A DNA stretch of 64,000 bases from Candidatus Glassbacteria bacterium. GTDB lineage: Bacteria; Gemmatimonadota; Glassbacteria; GWA2-58-10. This document shows positions 19,362 to 29,074 of this stretch, in pieces (position 1 is the stretch's first letter; every line of letters begins with the position of its first letter). A program made the translations under genes and the position numbers. Location of the stretch: contig VRUH01000006.1 of the NCBI GenBank assembly GCA_019456185.1, positions 26,113-90,112 of the forward strand, written 5' to 3'. The notes beneath the pieces were generated by a model that searched no databases, had not been told where the DNA came from, and saw only the letters and a program-made list of their open reading frames with translations.

Positions 19362-19459
19362 TGGCGGGAGCGCGTGAGAATCGAACTCACCGCGGACAGT
19401 ATTAGTGCCCGCCACCGGATTTGAAGTCCGGGAGGCACACCAGTTACCCATCCGCCCCC
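19362..19459 (-). tRNA. selC: tRNA-Sec (anticodon UCA)
   Basis: 98 nt. CCGGA-CUUCAAA-UCCGG anticodon arm, long variable arm GCGGGCA/UGUCCGC, T-arm GUGAG-UUCGAUU-CUCAC, G73 discriminator, encoded CCA; directly downstream of selD. Confidence 0.95.
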
Positions 19460-19491
19460 GCATATCCATCTTCGCTCGCCGGCTGGAAGTC

Positions 19492-20550
19492 TTATTTGAC
19501 CACGGCGATTCTCCCGGGATTCTCAGCGCTGACCCGGCCGATTACGGCAGCCTCGCGGTCTCCTTCCCGGTGCAGGGCCGCCAGCAACTCCTCGGCGGTC
19601 TCGGGCGCGATAGAGATCAGCAGGCCGCCGGAGGTCTGGGCGTCGAAAAAGATCATCCGCTCGTGCTCGCTCACATCCGGGCTGAAACTGACCACGCTCT
19701 CGAGAAATTCCTTGTTTTTGGACGTCCCGCCGGAGATAAACCCCGACTGCATGGTCCGGGCCAGCGCTTCCGGCAGATACGGTATCGCCCCGGCGTCCAG
19801 AGTCAGCCCCACTCCGCTGCCCCTGGCGACCTCGTGGGCGTGGCCCAGCAGGCCGAACCCGCTAACATCCGTGGCCGCGTGGGCCCCGAACGACACCATC
19901 AGCTCCGAGGCCGTCCTGTTCAAGCGGACCATAATCGAGGTGATCCGCCCGATCTCTTCATCGGTGAGCTTGCCGGCTTTCAGCGCCGTGGTCATGATTC
20001 CCATGCCGAGCGGCTTGGTCAGGATCAGCGTGTCGCCGGGACGGGCGGTGGAGTTGCGGACAAATTTCTGCGGGTGGACCGTGCCGGTAAGCGCCAGGCC
20101 GAACTTCAGCTCCTCGTCCTTGATCGTGTGCCCGCCCACGATCGGGCAGCCGGCCTCGGCGGCTTTATCAGTGGCACCGCGGATTATCTCGGCGATTGTT
20201 TCCAGATCGACTTTCTTTTCCGAGAAGCCGACGATATTCAGCGCGGTAACAGGCTTGCCGCCCATGGCGTAGATGTCGCTGAGCGAATTGGCGGCCGCGA
20301 TCTGGCCGTACTGGTAGGGATCATCGACCAGCGGCGTGATCACGTCCACCGTATTGACCAGGGCCAGCTCATCGCTCAGACGATACACTCCGCCGTCATC
20401 CGCGGTGCTGGTATCGACCAGCAGGTTCGGATCCGAGACAGGCGGCAGCATTTGCATCAGCTTGCTTAACTCCGTTAAGCTCAGCTTGGCCAGTCAACCG
20501 GCGCTGGCGACCAGCTCTGTCAGCCGCTTTCTTTTGTTCTTGTGGAACAT
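19492..20550 (-). CDS. selD: Selenide, water dikinase (selenophosphate synthetase), Sec-containing (U19)
   Basis: Frame extends through TGA 20494-20496 to ATG 20550 (GGAG RBS): MFHKNKRKRLTELVASAG-U-LAK. Also DDGGVY, NSLSDIYAMGG, GGHT, ATDVSGFGL and DAQTSGGLL. Confidence 0.95.
20458..20493 (-). promoter_or_regulatory. SECIS-like hairpin of selD
   Basis: AGCU-GA-GCUUAAC-GGA-GUUAAGC-A-AGCU: perfect 7-bp upper stem, G-initiated loop 21 nt after the UGA. Confidence 0.85.
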
Positions 20551-20616
20551 CCGGTTTCTCCCCGATTGCTTCATTCGAATCGCCACAACCGGTTAAAGTG
20601 ACAATGGCGGCAACCG

Positions 20617-22530
20617 TTACGTTTCTCTCAGCCGCCTGATATTTCCGCTGCGTTCGGTCAGACCGCGCTGGTCGAAATGAATCAGCAGCGGTGTTGCGTA
20701 TTTACGCGAGCAGCCGATCTTCTCGCGGAATTCCGACACCCTAATCTCACCATTTTGCCGTAATAATTCAACCAGAACCTTTTCCGCCTTTTCCACGGCG
20801 CTGCGGTGGAAAATCACCCGCTTGTCCGCTTCCGGCATGATTTCAACCAGCCGGCCCATCTCGATCAGTCCCCGGACGATATCCGCTGCTCTCTGCTCGC
20901 CAAGCTCCTGAAACCGTCCGGCCACATCCCTCAGCGACGGGGTCGTGAAACCGGCCCGGCTGTAGAGATCCTCGATTCCGGCCGCAGGCTCCCTGTCCCG
21001 CACGCTGAATTCGACAGCGTGGCCCTCCAGCGCGATCGCCTCGCCCCGCAGCACAGCCTGACCGCTGGCCGTCAACATCCGCAGGACAACCTCCCAGGCC
21101 GCGGAATCGGCATTTTCCAGCAATTTACTTTTCAGCTCCGACTGCTTGATTCCGTTCAGATACGGGTTTTGTTCATGGAAACTTTCCAGATATTCAACCG
21201 CCCTGCGGCATACTTTTTCCAACTCCCCGGTCAGCATTACCGCTTTGACGGTTTTCCGCCCGAGTCCTGTCAGAACTCCCTCGCCCAGCAGCTGTTCCAC
21301 GGTTTCGCGCACGCGGTTTTCCGGCAGAGCCAGTGCCCGGCTCAACTGTCCGGTTGTTTTCGGCGCCAGGGGCGTCGAGGCCAGGTGGTGCAGAATCAGC
21401 CGGTCGGCTCCGGCCTGCTCCAGCTCCTCGAGCTGCTGGATATCCCGCGCCCCCAGATATTTCAGTTTCTCGGGGTGCACCTCCAGGATCGTCCCGCCGC
21501 CGATCGTGACCGGAGGCGAGTAACTGCGGATGATAAACCTGTCGCCGGTATCGGCAGCCACCGGTTCCTCAAGCCTGAACTGCACCACAGTCGCCTCCCC
21601 CGGCGCAACCGCTTTCCCAACCAGCGGCACAACCCTGGCCAGCAGTTCCCGGCAGCCGAGGTGAAGCCTGATTCTGGTCCTGTTCTTCAGTGGCTGAGCG
21701 CTTTCGAGCAGGTACAGCCTGGCGTTGACCATACAGGTGGGCGAAAAATAACCGGGGCTGGCCAGCATGTCGCCGCGCTCGACCTCATCCCGCTCGACAC
21801 CTGTCAGGTTGATCGCCGCACGCTGACCCACGCCGCTCTCGGCTACCTCCTCATTATGCACCTGAATTTTTCGCGCCCTGACCTCTCTGCCCCGCGGCAG
21901 CAGCTCCAGCCTGTCGCCGGCGCGCAGGCTGCCGGCCAGGACAGTGCCGGTGACAACATTGCCGATCCCCTTGAGGACAAACGATCTGTCGATCCAGTAA
22001 CGGAAGATACCCTTGTCATCCCTGGCCGGGGCTTCGCGAATCTCCTGCTCCAGCACCGCCCGGAACTCCGCAATCCCCTCCCCTGTCCGGCTGGAGAGGC
22101 ACACAACCGGCGCATCCTTGAGGAGCGTACCGGCCACGAACGCTGAGACTTCCTCTTTGACCAGCTCCAGCCAGTCCCGGTCGACGAGGTCGATCTTGGT
22201 CAGCGCAATAATCCCGCGACGGACATCCAGCAGGCGCAGGATGTCGAAATGCTCCCGGGTCTGGGACATGATCCCGTCATCGGCGGCGATTACCAGGATC
22301 ACCGAATCGATAGTGGTAATGCCGGCCAGCATGTTTTTGATAAACTTCTCGTGCCCCGGCACATCGATTATGCTCACGTCGGGTCCGTAGAACACGTAAC
22401 CCAGATCGATAGTCATGCCGCGCAGCTTTTCCTCCGGCAGCCTGTCCGCGTCGATATCAGTCAGGGCTTTGAGCAGCATGGTCTTGCCGTGGTCGATATG
22501 GCCGGCGGTGCCGATAATCGTGTGTTTCAT
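20617..22530 (-). CDS. selB: Selenocysteine-specific elongation factor
   Basis: [19 protein letters not shown] and [12 protein letters not shown] motifs; C-terminal winged-helix [11 protein letters not shown]; 637 aa. Confidence 0.97.
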   Translation of the reverse strand: MKHTIIGTAGHIDHGKTMLLKALTDIDADRLPEEKLRGMTIDLGYVFYGPDVSIIDVPGHEKFIKNMLAGITTIDSVILVIAADDGIMSQTREHFDILRLLDVRRGIIALTKIDLVDRDWLELVKEEVSAFVAGTLLKDAPVVCLSSRTGEGIAEFRAVLEQEIREAPARDDKGIFRYWIDRSFVLKGIGNVVTGTVLAGSLRAGDRLELLPRGREVRARKIQVHNEEVAESGVGQRAAINLTGVERDEVERGDMLASPGYFSPTCMVNARLYLLESAQPLKNRTRIRLHLGCRELLARVVPLVGKAVAPGEATVVQFRLEEPVAADTGDRFIIRSYSPPVTIGGGTILEVHPEKLKYLGARDIQQLEELEQAGADRLILHHLASTPLAPKTTGQLSRALALPENRVRETVEQLLGEGVLTGLGRKTVKAVMLTGELEKVCRRAVEYLESFHEQNPYLNGIKQSELKSKLLENADSAAWEVVLRMLTASGQAVLRGEAIALEGHAVEFSVRDREPAAGIEDLYSRAGFTTPSLRDVAGRFQELGEQRAADIVRGLIEMGRLVEIMPEADKRVIFHRSAVEKAEKVLVELLRQNGEIRVSEFREKIGCSRKYATPLLIHFDQRGLTERSGNIRRLRET

Positions 22531-24020
22531 CCGGGTGAATTCCTGCCTGGCCGGGCTGGGTGGTTGCCGTCAGCCGATTTCACGGGCTTGCTCCGGCAGT
22601 TTTTTAAGGCTCCGCCAACAAGCCCGGCGAGCGTATCCGTCTCGCGGGGATGGACCGTGCGCAGGTCCAGCAGGTAACGGTCCTCGGCAATCCGGCCGAA
22701 TACGGGCGGATCGCCCAGCCGCAGACGGCGCGCAAGCTCGTCGGCGGAAACCCGCTCACCGCCGATAGCCACCAGACGGGTCGGGATTCCGCAGGCCGGC
22801 ATCGCACCGCTGCCCATCTGCGATTCACCGTCGATTATCTCAAGCTTGATACTATCGCCTGCTTCCGGGCGCACAGCTTCGATAAACTTCTTTGCCCGTT
22901 GTTCCAGTTCCTCCACACCGGCGGCTGCCATCCGCAGGACGGGCAACTGATCGAACAGCACCTTCTCATCCAGGAAAAGTTTCAGGGTGGCCTCCAGCGC
23001 CGCGTAGACCATTTTATCGCAGCGCAGGGCGCGGCTGAGAGGGTTGTTTTTCAGCATGTCCACGTATTTTTTCCGGCCCACCGCGATACCGCACTGAGGA
23101 CCACCGAGCAGCTTGTCTCCGCTGAAAGTGACCACGTCCGCGCCGTCGCGGATACTCTGAACGACCACGGGTTCCGGCGGCAAACCGTAGCCCGTGAAAT
23201 CCAGCAGGCAGCCGCTGCCGATATCATGGACAAGCGGCAGAGTGCGGGAGTCGCAGAGCGGTTTCAATTCCGCAAGGGGGACCTCGCTGGTAAAACCCCT
23301 GATCCGGTAGTTACTGGGGTGGACTGTCTGCACCAGCGCCGTACGCTCGGCGATCGCTTTTTCATAGTCGGCGAGGTGGGTCCTGTTGGTGGTGCCGACC
23401 TCGATCATTTCCGCGCCGCTGAGGCGCATCACGTCCGGCATCCTGAACGATCCGCCGATCTCCACCAACTGGCCCCTGGAAACCAGCACCTCCCGCTGGT
23501 CGGCCAGCGTATTGAGCACCAGCAGGACCGCGGCGGCATTATTGTTGACCACGATCGCAGCCTCGGCGCCGGTCAGCAGGCGGAGCAGTTCCTCGACATG
23601 GGCATGACGGCTGCCGCGCCTGCCCGAGGCCACATCGATCTCCAGCGTGCAGTAATTCTCCACCGCCCGGGCCAGTGCATCCCTGGCCGTATCGGCCAAC
23701 GGCGCCCTGCCCAGACCGGTATGCAGGATAATCCCGGTGGCATTGATCGCCGGGCCGAGACCGGGACGGGATTTAGCGCGAACCCGCCGGGCAACCTCGC
23801 ACGCGACAGAGCCGGCGGACAGATCGATAGCAGCCGGCTGATCCGCAGGAGCCGCCAGGACCGTGTCGCGCAATTCCTGCAGGACTGCCTTGATTGTCTC
23901 TTTGACCAGCCGCTTGGGAAATTGCTCGCCGAGAAGCTGAATCACCGGGTTGGCGAGCATTCTCGTGGTGCTGACAATATCTTTCAGCATCAGCTTTCCG
24001 GCCGCTGAATCGTGTTCCAT
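22527..24020 (-). CDS. selA: L-seryl-tRNA(Sec) selenium transferase
   Basis: [49 protein letters not shown] (PLP Lys). Stop overlaps the selB ATG (ATGA). Start at 24020 (or 23990) is inferred. Confidence 0.96.
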   Translation of the reverse strand: MEHDSAAGKLMLKDIVSTTRMLANPVIQLLGEQFPKRLVKETIKAVLQELRDTVLAAPADQPAAIDLSAGSVACEVARRVRAKSRPGLGPAINATGIILHTGLGRAPLADTARDALARAVENYCTLEIDVASGRRGSRHAHVEELLRLLTGAEAAIVVNNNAAAVLLVLNTLADQREVLVSRGQLVEIGGSFRMPDVMRLSGAEMIEVGTTNRTHLADYEKAIAERTALVQTVHPSNYRIRGFTSEVPLAELKPLCDSRTLPLVHDIGSGCLLDFTGYGLPPEPVVVQSIRDGADVVTFSGDKLLGGPQCGIAVGRKKYVDMLKNNPLSRALRCDKMVYAALEATLKLFLDEKVLFDQLPVLRMAAAGVEELEQRAKKFIEAVRPEAGDSIKLEIIDGESQMGSGAMPACGIPTRLVAIGGERVSADELARRLRLGDPPVFGRIAEDRYLLDLRTVHPRETDTLAGLVGGALKNCRSKPVKSADGNHPARPGRNSPG

Positions 24021-24050
24021 CCCCGCATTTCCTTTCCAGAGAGCCGCCAC

Positions 24051-24080
24051 AAAAAAAGGCCGCCGGAACCGGCAGCCTTT
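24051..24080 (-). terminator. Intrinsic terminator between the TlpA-like selenoprotein gene and selA
   Basis: Minus strand AAAGGCUGCCG-GUUC-CGGCGGCC-U7, ending 30 nt before the selA ATG. Confidence 0.75.
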
Positions 24081-24104
24081 GTCAGCCGATTATCGGAACA
24101 GGAG

Positions 24105-25514
24105 CTACTGCGAGCTGTTGATTTCGATCCTGACCGGGATGTCCTGCCGGCGGTACAGGCAGGTGCCGTTGAGATCCTCGCAGACGTAATACAGTGAATA
24201 CGCCGGAACGACAACCGTGCCCCCGGCGTTTTCCGGGCATTTGATTTCGAATTCGAGCCTGCGGGTCTCCTGGCTGACCGGTTCCGGAGGTATGGGCACT
24301 GTCAGGTGACGGTTATCGACCTGCCACCCGTCCGGCGTGTCAATCCAGAAAACCAGGTCCTCCATCTCGTTGTTCCAGTGCGCCTTCTGTGACAGGTCCG
24401 GCCGGAGCACGACATGCACGCGGCCTGTTTCTCCCGGCGCCAGCGTTCCCGGCACGACAGTCACCTCGGCCCTGATCAGCCTCCGCTCATCGCGGAATAT
24501 CCGCCCATCGGGGTCCGGACTCCGCAGCTCGGTCCCGCCGGCCTCGAACGACTCGGACGGGTAGGCGAACTCAGCGCCTCCGGGTTCCACCCGCAGGACC
24601 GAGGGCGTCTCGCCCCTGGCTTCGATCTCCCGCCTGGCCTGGTTGACCCAGTCGTAAAACGAATAGGGCTTATCCAGCCTGGGGCCGTACTGCTGGATCC
24701 GACGTCGCCAGATATACTGGTTCGGGTCGAGCTCCAGCGCCCTGCCCCAGTGGGAGATTGCAGCTTCGAAATCACCCTCCCGGCGATAATCCGAATCGTA
24801 GCGCGCGCGGTAAGCGGCGCCCAGCCGGAAGTGGGTCGGGCCGTGGTCCGGTTCCAGCTCAACCGCCTCGCGGTAGGCCTCGACAGCCCTGTCCAGCGCT
24901 TCATCCCCGCCCCAGAGGACCAGGGAGGCGGCGTAATTCCGCTGGTTGTCGGCGCTCCGGCCCGCATGCTCCTGAAGCCGGGCGAGATCGGGAGCTTCGG
25001 CCCGGACCGGCACCGGCCGTGTCGAGCCGACATAGTCTGTTTCCAGAAATCGGCTGTACTCTTCGTCGCTGGGACGAAGCGCGCGTACGATACCCTGTTC
25101 ATCGATCAGGGCCGTAATCGGCACCGCCAGCACTTCGAGCAGGTTTTGCCGGTCGACCAGGATCGGCCAGTCCATCTGCTGCCACTGCATGAACAGGCGG
25201 GCCCTGTGGGGATGCTGTTCCTGGATGATCCCCACCATCTTGACGCGGCCCGCTGCCCTGTCTTCCTCGGTTTTTTTGTGCCACCCGGGCACGTGCTTGC
25301 GGCAGCCCGCTCACCAGGATGCGAAGATATGCAGCACGAGTTTCTGGCCGCGGTAAGCCGCCACCGAGAGCGGCCGGCCGTCATCGAGCGACGGGAACGG
25401 CAGGTCGGGGAACGGCTCGCCGACAGCGATCCGGGGAGCACCCGCGACAAACGACGTCATCCCCAAAAGCAGTGTCGAGAGCAGGACCACCGCGATCCTG
25501 AGAACATCTGTCAT
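24105..25514 (-). CDS. Selenoprotein: exported TlpA/redoxin domain with a UxxC motif, TPR region and DsbD-alpha-like C-terminal domain (469 aa, Sec68)
   Basis: Track ORFs 25311..25583 and 24105..25292 are in frame across TGA 25311-25313, giving HIFASW-U-AG-C-RKH. GGAGG before ATG 25514; TPR-like AVEAYREAVELEPDHGPTHFRLG; C-terminal YYVCEDLNGTCLY. Confidence 0.9.
25278..25310 (-). promoter_or_regulatory. SECIS-like hairpin of the TlpA-like selenoprotein
   Basis: GUGCC-CGGGU-GGCAC; the loop starts 24 nt after the UGA with G at position 2. Confidence 0.65.
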
Positions 25515-25564
25515 ATCGGCCTCCACAGCCATGTAATACCACTCCGTGATGTCTGAGTTGCATT

Positions 25565-25593
25565 TATATAATAAATACCCCACTAGATTTCAA
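25565..25593 (-). promoter_or_regulatory. Candidate sigma70 promoter for the sel cluster
   Basis: Minus strand TTGAAA-N17-TATATA in an AT-rich patch about 50 nt upstream of ATG 25514; the -10 match is weak. Confidence 0.35.
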
Positions 25594-25614
25594 GAATCAC
25601 CGCCCAGCCCGAGA

Positions 25615-26595
25615 TTACCTGCCGAGAGCATCGACAACGGCCAGCCATCTGCCGGGGCCGACCTGCCAGGCGTCGACATGGTGCATCGCTTCGGCGTTCC
25701 AACCGCTGGAGGAAGCCTGGACCAGCGGAGTCTCAATCATCGTCTCCGCATAGTCGGTCGTGCTGAGAGTGGTGATCTCGAAAGCCAGCGCCCGGTTGCC
25801 ATAGGTGGGATAACAGTCCTGGCCGATGCGGTAGAGCCTGCCATCGATTTCCAGCGGCCGGCCGGCCGGGCGGGCGGTGTCGAGGTTTTTCTCGATTACC
25901 GGACTTTGCGGGTGCTCGGTCCACGGCCCCATCAATTCGGCGGCATAAAACAGGCGCAGGGTCTCGTTGCCCAGCCGCGCGGCGAACATCCACCACATGT
26001 CGTCATGGCGGAAAATCGTCGGGCTGATGTAATGATCTCCGGAAATAATATCGCCCTGATATTGCCATTGATCGGGAAACGCGGTGGCCTTATAGAGCCG
26101 GACGGCAGTTTCCGTGTGGGCTTCGGGAGTCATGTAGTAGTCATCCTGCCATTTGAAAACGTAGGGGTAAGACAGGTCGTAAGGTTCATCGACAACTATC
26201 CGTCGGTGTTTCCAGTGCAGGCCGTCACTGCTTTCGGCCAGCCCGATCCCGCCCTCTTTCTTCTTGTCGCTCTTGGCCGTAAAAAACAGATAGTAGGCTG
26301 AATCTGTCGCGATCATGAACGGATGGGCGACAATGTTGACGTCGAGATCGGTGACATCCTCTCCTCGCAGTACCGGGTTGGTGACATTCGCCGGAGCGGA
26401 CAGCTCGAAGGGCGACGGCCCGGTCAGCACGCCGATCGTCCAGGCGTTTTCCGCTTCCCGGTCGCCCGAGGACTGCGCCTGCCCGTCCTGACCGGCGCCG
26501 CAGCCGATGGCTGTCAAGTTCCCCAGCAGCAGTCCCCAGGCCAGGGCCGCGACCAGCCGCCTGCCGGTGGTTAATCCTGAAAATGAGCGTTTCAT
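25615..26595 (-). CDS. Exported five-bladed beta-propeller glycoside-hydrolase-like protein (GH43/GH130/GINT1-N-like)
   Basis: AHPF, IGLAESSDGLHW, DLSYPYVF..DDYYM.PE and ARPAG motifs; signal or lipoprotein-like N-terminus. Confidence 0.65.
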   Translation of the reverse strand: MKRSFSGLTTGRRLVAALAWGLLLGNLTAIGCGAGQDGQAQSSGDREAENAWTIGVLTGPSPFELSAPANVTNPVLRGEDVTDLDVNIVAHPFMIATDSAYYLFFTAKSDKKKEGGIGLAESSDGLHWKHRRIVVDEPYDLSYPYVFKWQDDYYMTPEAHTETAVRLYKATAFPDQWQYQGDIISGDHYISPTIFRHDDMWWMFAARLGNETLRLFYAAELMGPWTEHPQSPVIEKNLDTARPAGRPLEIDGRLYRIGQDCYPTYGNRALAFEITTLSTTDYAETMIETPLVQASSSGWNAEAMHHVDAWQVGPGRWLAVVDALGR

Positions 26596-26736
26596 GTTTG
26601 AGCTCCCGTTACGAGTTCTCGGCTCAACCAGCCGATTATCAGCGGGTAAGATTTAACGTTGAATTGCAAGCTCGGTCAACCAGTGACTTAAATCGCTTAT
26701 TTCCCCTGACACCTCCCGGAACTGTACCAGGCACCC

Positions 26737-28275
26737 TCAGATTCGATCGACTTCATCACCACTCATAAACAGTTGCACGATTTCCGGCTTGGTGACCTTG
26801 CCCATGTTGTTGCGGGGCAGATCGTCGAAAATCCGCATCCGGGCAGGCAGCTTGTATGCCGCGATTTTTTCCCTGGCCCACGAGCGAAGAGAATCCAGCG
26901 TTAAAGAGCCCCCGTCGGCGATCACAACCGCGGCGCTCACGCGCTCGCCCCATTCAGGATCCTCGACTCCGACCACGGCGCAATCCTTAATCCCGGGATG
27001 GGTCCGGAGCACCTCTTCGATTTCCAGCGCGGATACTTTGTAGCCGCCGGTTTTGATAATATCCACCGATTTCCGGCCGAGAATGCGGTAGTTGCCGTTT
27101 TCGACAACGGATACATCACCGGTGCAAAACCAGCCGTCGCGGAAGCTTTCCCGGGTAGCCCCGGGCTTTCTCCAGTATTCCGAAAAGACAGCGGGCCCCC
27201 TGACCTGAATCTCTCCCTGATCTCCCTGACTCACCACTTCCCCGTTTTCATCCACGAGCCTGACCTGCATATTCGGCAGGGGAGCGCCCACATAGCCCGG
27301 TACTCTGCTGCCGTTGAGCGGATTGGATAAAGCCATGCCGATTTCAGTCATTCCATAGCGCTCCAAGAGTACGTGCCCGCTGAGAGTCCGCCATTTTTCG
27401 ATCATGCTGACCGGTGCGGCCGCCGACCCGGAAACCATCAGCCGCAACTGTTCACAGGCGGCGGACATGGTATCCCGCTCCTGCGGGGAAGCCGCATCCC
27501 AGAATGCAATGAGCTTTACATAAACGGTTGGAACGGCCATGAACAGCGTCAGATTTCCATTTATAATTCGGTCCCAGACTTCAGCGGCATCGAACTTTGG
27601 CAGGAATTCGCAGACCGCGCCTGTCCTGAGCGCGCAGGTGAGCACGTTAATGATCCCGTGGATGTGATGAAGGGGGAGCACGTTCAGGATGTGATCATCG
27701 GGGGACCAGCCCCAGGCTTCGATCAGCGACATCGCCTGGGCTTCGATATTATCATGGGTGGTGACGACTCCCTTGGGTTTTCCGGTCGAGCCGCTGGTGT
27801 AGAGAATCATCGCCCGCCGTGCGGAACTGATTTCGGGCAGCGAACCCGGTTCTGCTTCAAGCGCGTCGGTGGTCGAGACAAACCGCCGGTTTGTCTTCTC
27901 CGCGACCGGCCGAAGCTTCTCTTCAAACGCGGGATGGCAGAGCACAGTCGCCGCATCCGAGTCTGCGACAACGTATTCCAGCTCCGGCTGAGGATGGACT
28001 ACGCAGAGCGGAACCGCGATTCCGCCGGCACGCCAGATTCCCCATTGGACGGCCACGTACTGAAAGCCGGGAGGGACCAGAAAGGCAATCCGCTGCTCCT
28101 CCAGATCTTTCTGGCGGTCAAGGAGACTCGACGCCACCCTGAGGGAGGCGTCCAGCAGTTCGCGGCAGGTATATGTTCTCCCTGAGGATATGACAGCGCG
28201 GCTTTCCAGGCTGCGTTGGGCGGTTGCGATGAGAGGAATATCAGGCATTTTGGACGTAAACCCGTTGAAGTTCAC
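26737..28275 (-). CDS. Acyl-CoA synthetase, malonyl-CoA synthetase (MatB/ACSF3)-like
   Basis: YTSGSTGKPKG, LPLHHIHG, ERYGMTE, FCTGD and NNMGKV motifs; directly downstream of madLM. Start may be 28248 or 28275. Confidence 0.85.
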   Translation of the reverse strand: MNFNGFTSKMPDIPLIATAQRSLESRAVISSGRTYTCRELLDASLRVASSLLDRQKDLEEQRIAFLVPPGFQYVAVQWGIWRAGGIAVPLCVVHPQPELEYVVADSDAATVLCHPAFEEKLRPVAEKTNRRFVSTTDALEAEPGSLPEISSARRAMILYTSGSTGKPKGVVTTHDNIEAQAMSLIEAWGWSPDDHILNVLPLHHIHGIINVLTCALRTGAVCEFLPKFDAAEVWDRIINGNLTLFMAVPTVYVKLIAFWDAASPQERDTMSAACEQLRLMVSGSAAAPVSMIEKWRTLSGHVLLERYGMTEIGMALSNPLNGSRVPGYVGAPLPNMQVRLVDENGEVVSQGDQGEIQVRGPAVFSEYWRKPGATRESFRDGWFCTGDVSVVENGNYRILGRKSVDIIKTGGYKVSALEIEEVLRTHPGIKDCAVVGVEDPEWGERVSAAVVIADGGSLTLDSLRSWAREKIAAYKLPARMRIFDDLPRNNMGKVTKPEIVQLFMSGDEVDRI

Positions 28276-28293
28276 AGAGGACAGTGCGCTGTG

Positions 28294-29067
28294 TCAACCC
28301 ATCAGTCCCCGTACAATCAGGAAAAACAGCGAAGGCACCACCAGGCAGCCCAGGCCCGTGTAAAAAGTAGCCGGCATCGCTCCGTAGGGCACCAGCTTGG
28401 GGTCCACCGCGCCGAGACCGGCCGCCACGCCGCTGGTGGTGCCCATCATCCCGCCGTAGATTACCGCCGACTGGGGGTTATTCAGTCCGATGAAATCCGC
28501 GACCAGCGGCGTGCTCAACATGACCAGAATCGATTTGACCAGACCGGCGGTGATGCTCAGCGCAATAATCTCGGAATTGGCCCCTAAGGCAGTACCAGTA
28601 ACAGGTCCGACAATATAGGTTACCGCTCCAGCGCCGATAGTGGTGATTGCGACAGGATCGGTATAGCCGAATGCGAACGCCGTCAACGCGCCGACGGCAA
28701 AAGAAACGACCACGCCCAGCACCAAGGATACAATACCCGCCAGGCCTGCTTTGCGGAGCTCATCCAGGCCGGCTCCGAAAGCGGTGGAGACAATTGCGAG
28801 GTCCCGCAACATCGAGCCGCCCATTAAACCTATTCCCGCGAAGACCGCGATGTCGGCTATCCCTTTCTGGCCGCCTGTGAGTGCACCGCCGAGATAGGCA
28901 AGCAGCAAGCCGGTCGAGATAGCTATCGCCGATCCATGCAGTCTTCCATTTGTAAGTTTATTGGAGAGAAAGTAGGACAGATAAATAATAATTCCTACCA
29001 GAGCGAAAGCTGTTATCAGGCCGTTTTCAGCGAGCACCCGGCCGCAGATTTCAAGCAGTGTCTTCAT
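28294..29067 (-). CDS. madM: Malonate transporter subunit MadM
   Basis: NGLITAFA, HGSAIAI, GGSMLRD, GAGAVTYIVGPVTG and PYGAM.ATFYTGLGC motifs. Confidence 0.92.
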   Translation of the reverse strand: MKTLLEICGRVLAENGLITAFALVGIIIYLSYFLSNKLTNGRLHGSAIAISTGLLLAYLGGALTGGQKGIADIAVFAGIGLMGGSMLRDLAIVSTAFGAGLDELRKAGLAGIVSLVLGVVVSFAVGALTAFAFGYTDPVAITTIGAGAVTYIVGPVTGTALGANSEIIALSITAGLVKSILVMLSTPLVADFIGLNNPQSAVIYGGMMGTTSGVAAGLGAVDPKLVPYGAMPATFYTGLGCLVVPSLFFLIVRGLMG

Positions 29068-29074
29068 GACGGAT

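Noticed and set aside
19250-19362. Genomic island integrated at selC (a known integration hotspot)
   Set aside because: No integrase, no duplicated tRNA 3' end in the window, and the next gene has host-like composition.
3784-24008. Long antisense or alternate-frame ORFs (e.g. 1665..2891-, 3784..5073+, 11198..12685+, 14357..16294+, 19405..20469+, 20806..22146+, 22650..24008+)
   Set aside because: They shadow well-supported genes and have no motifs; such ORFs are expected in high-GC3 DNA.
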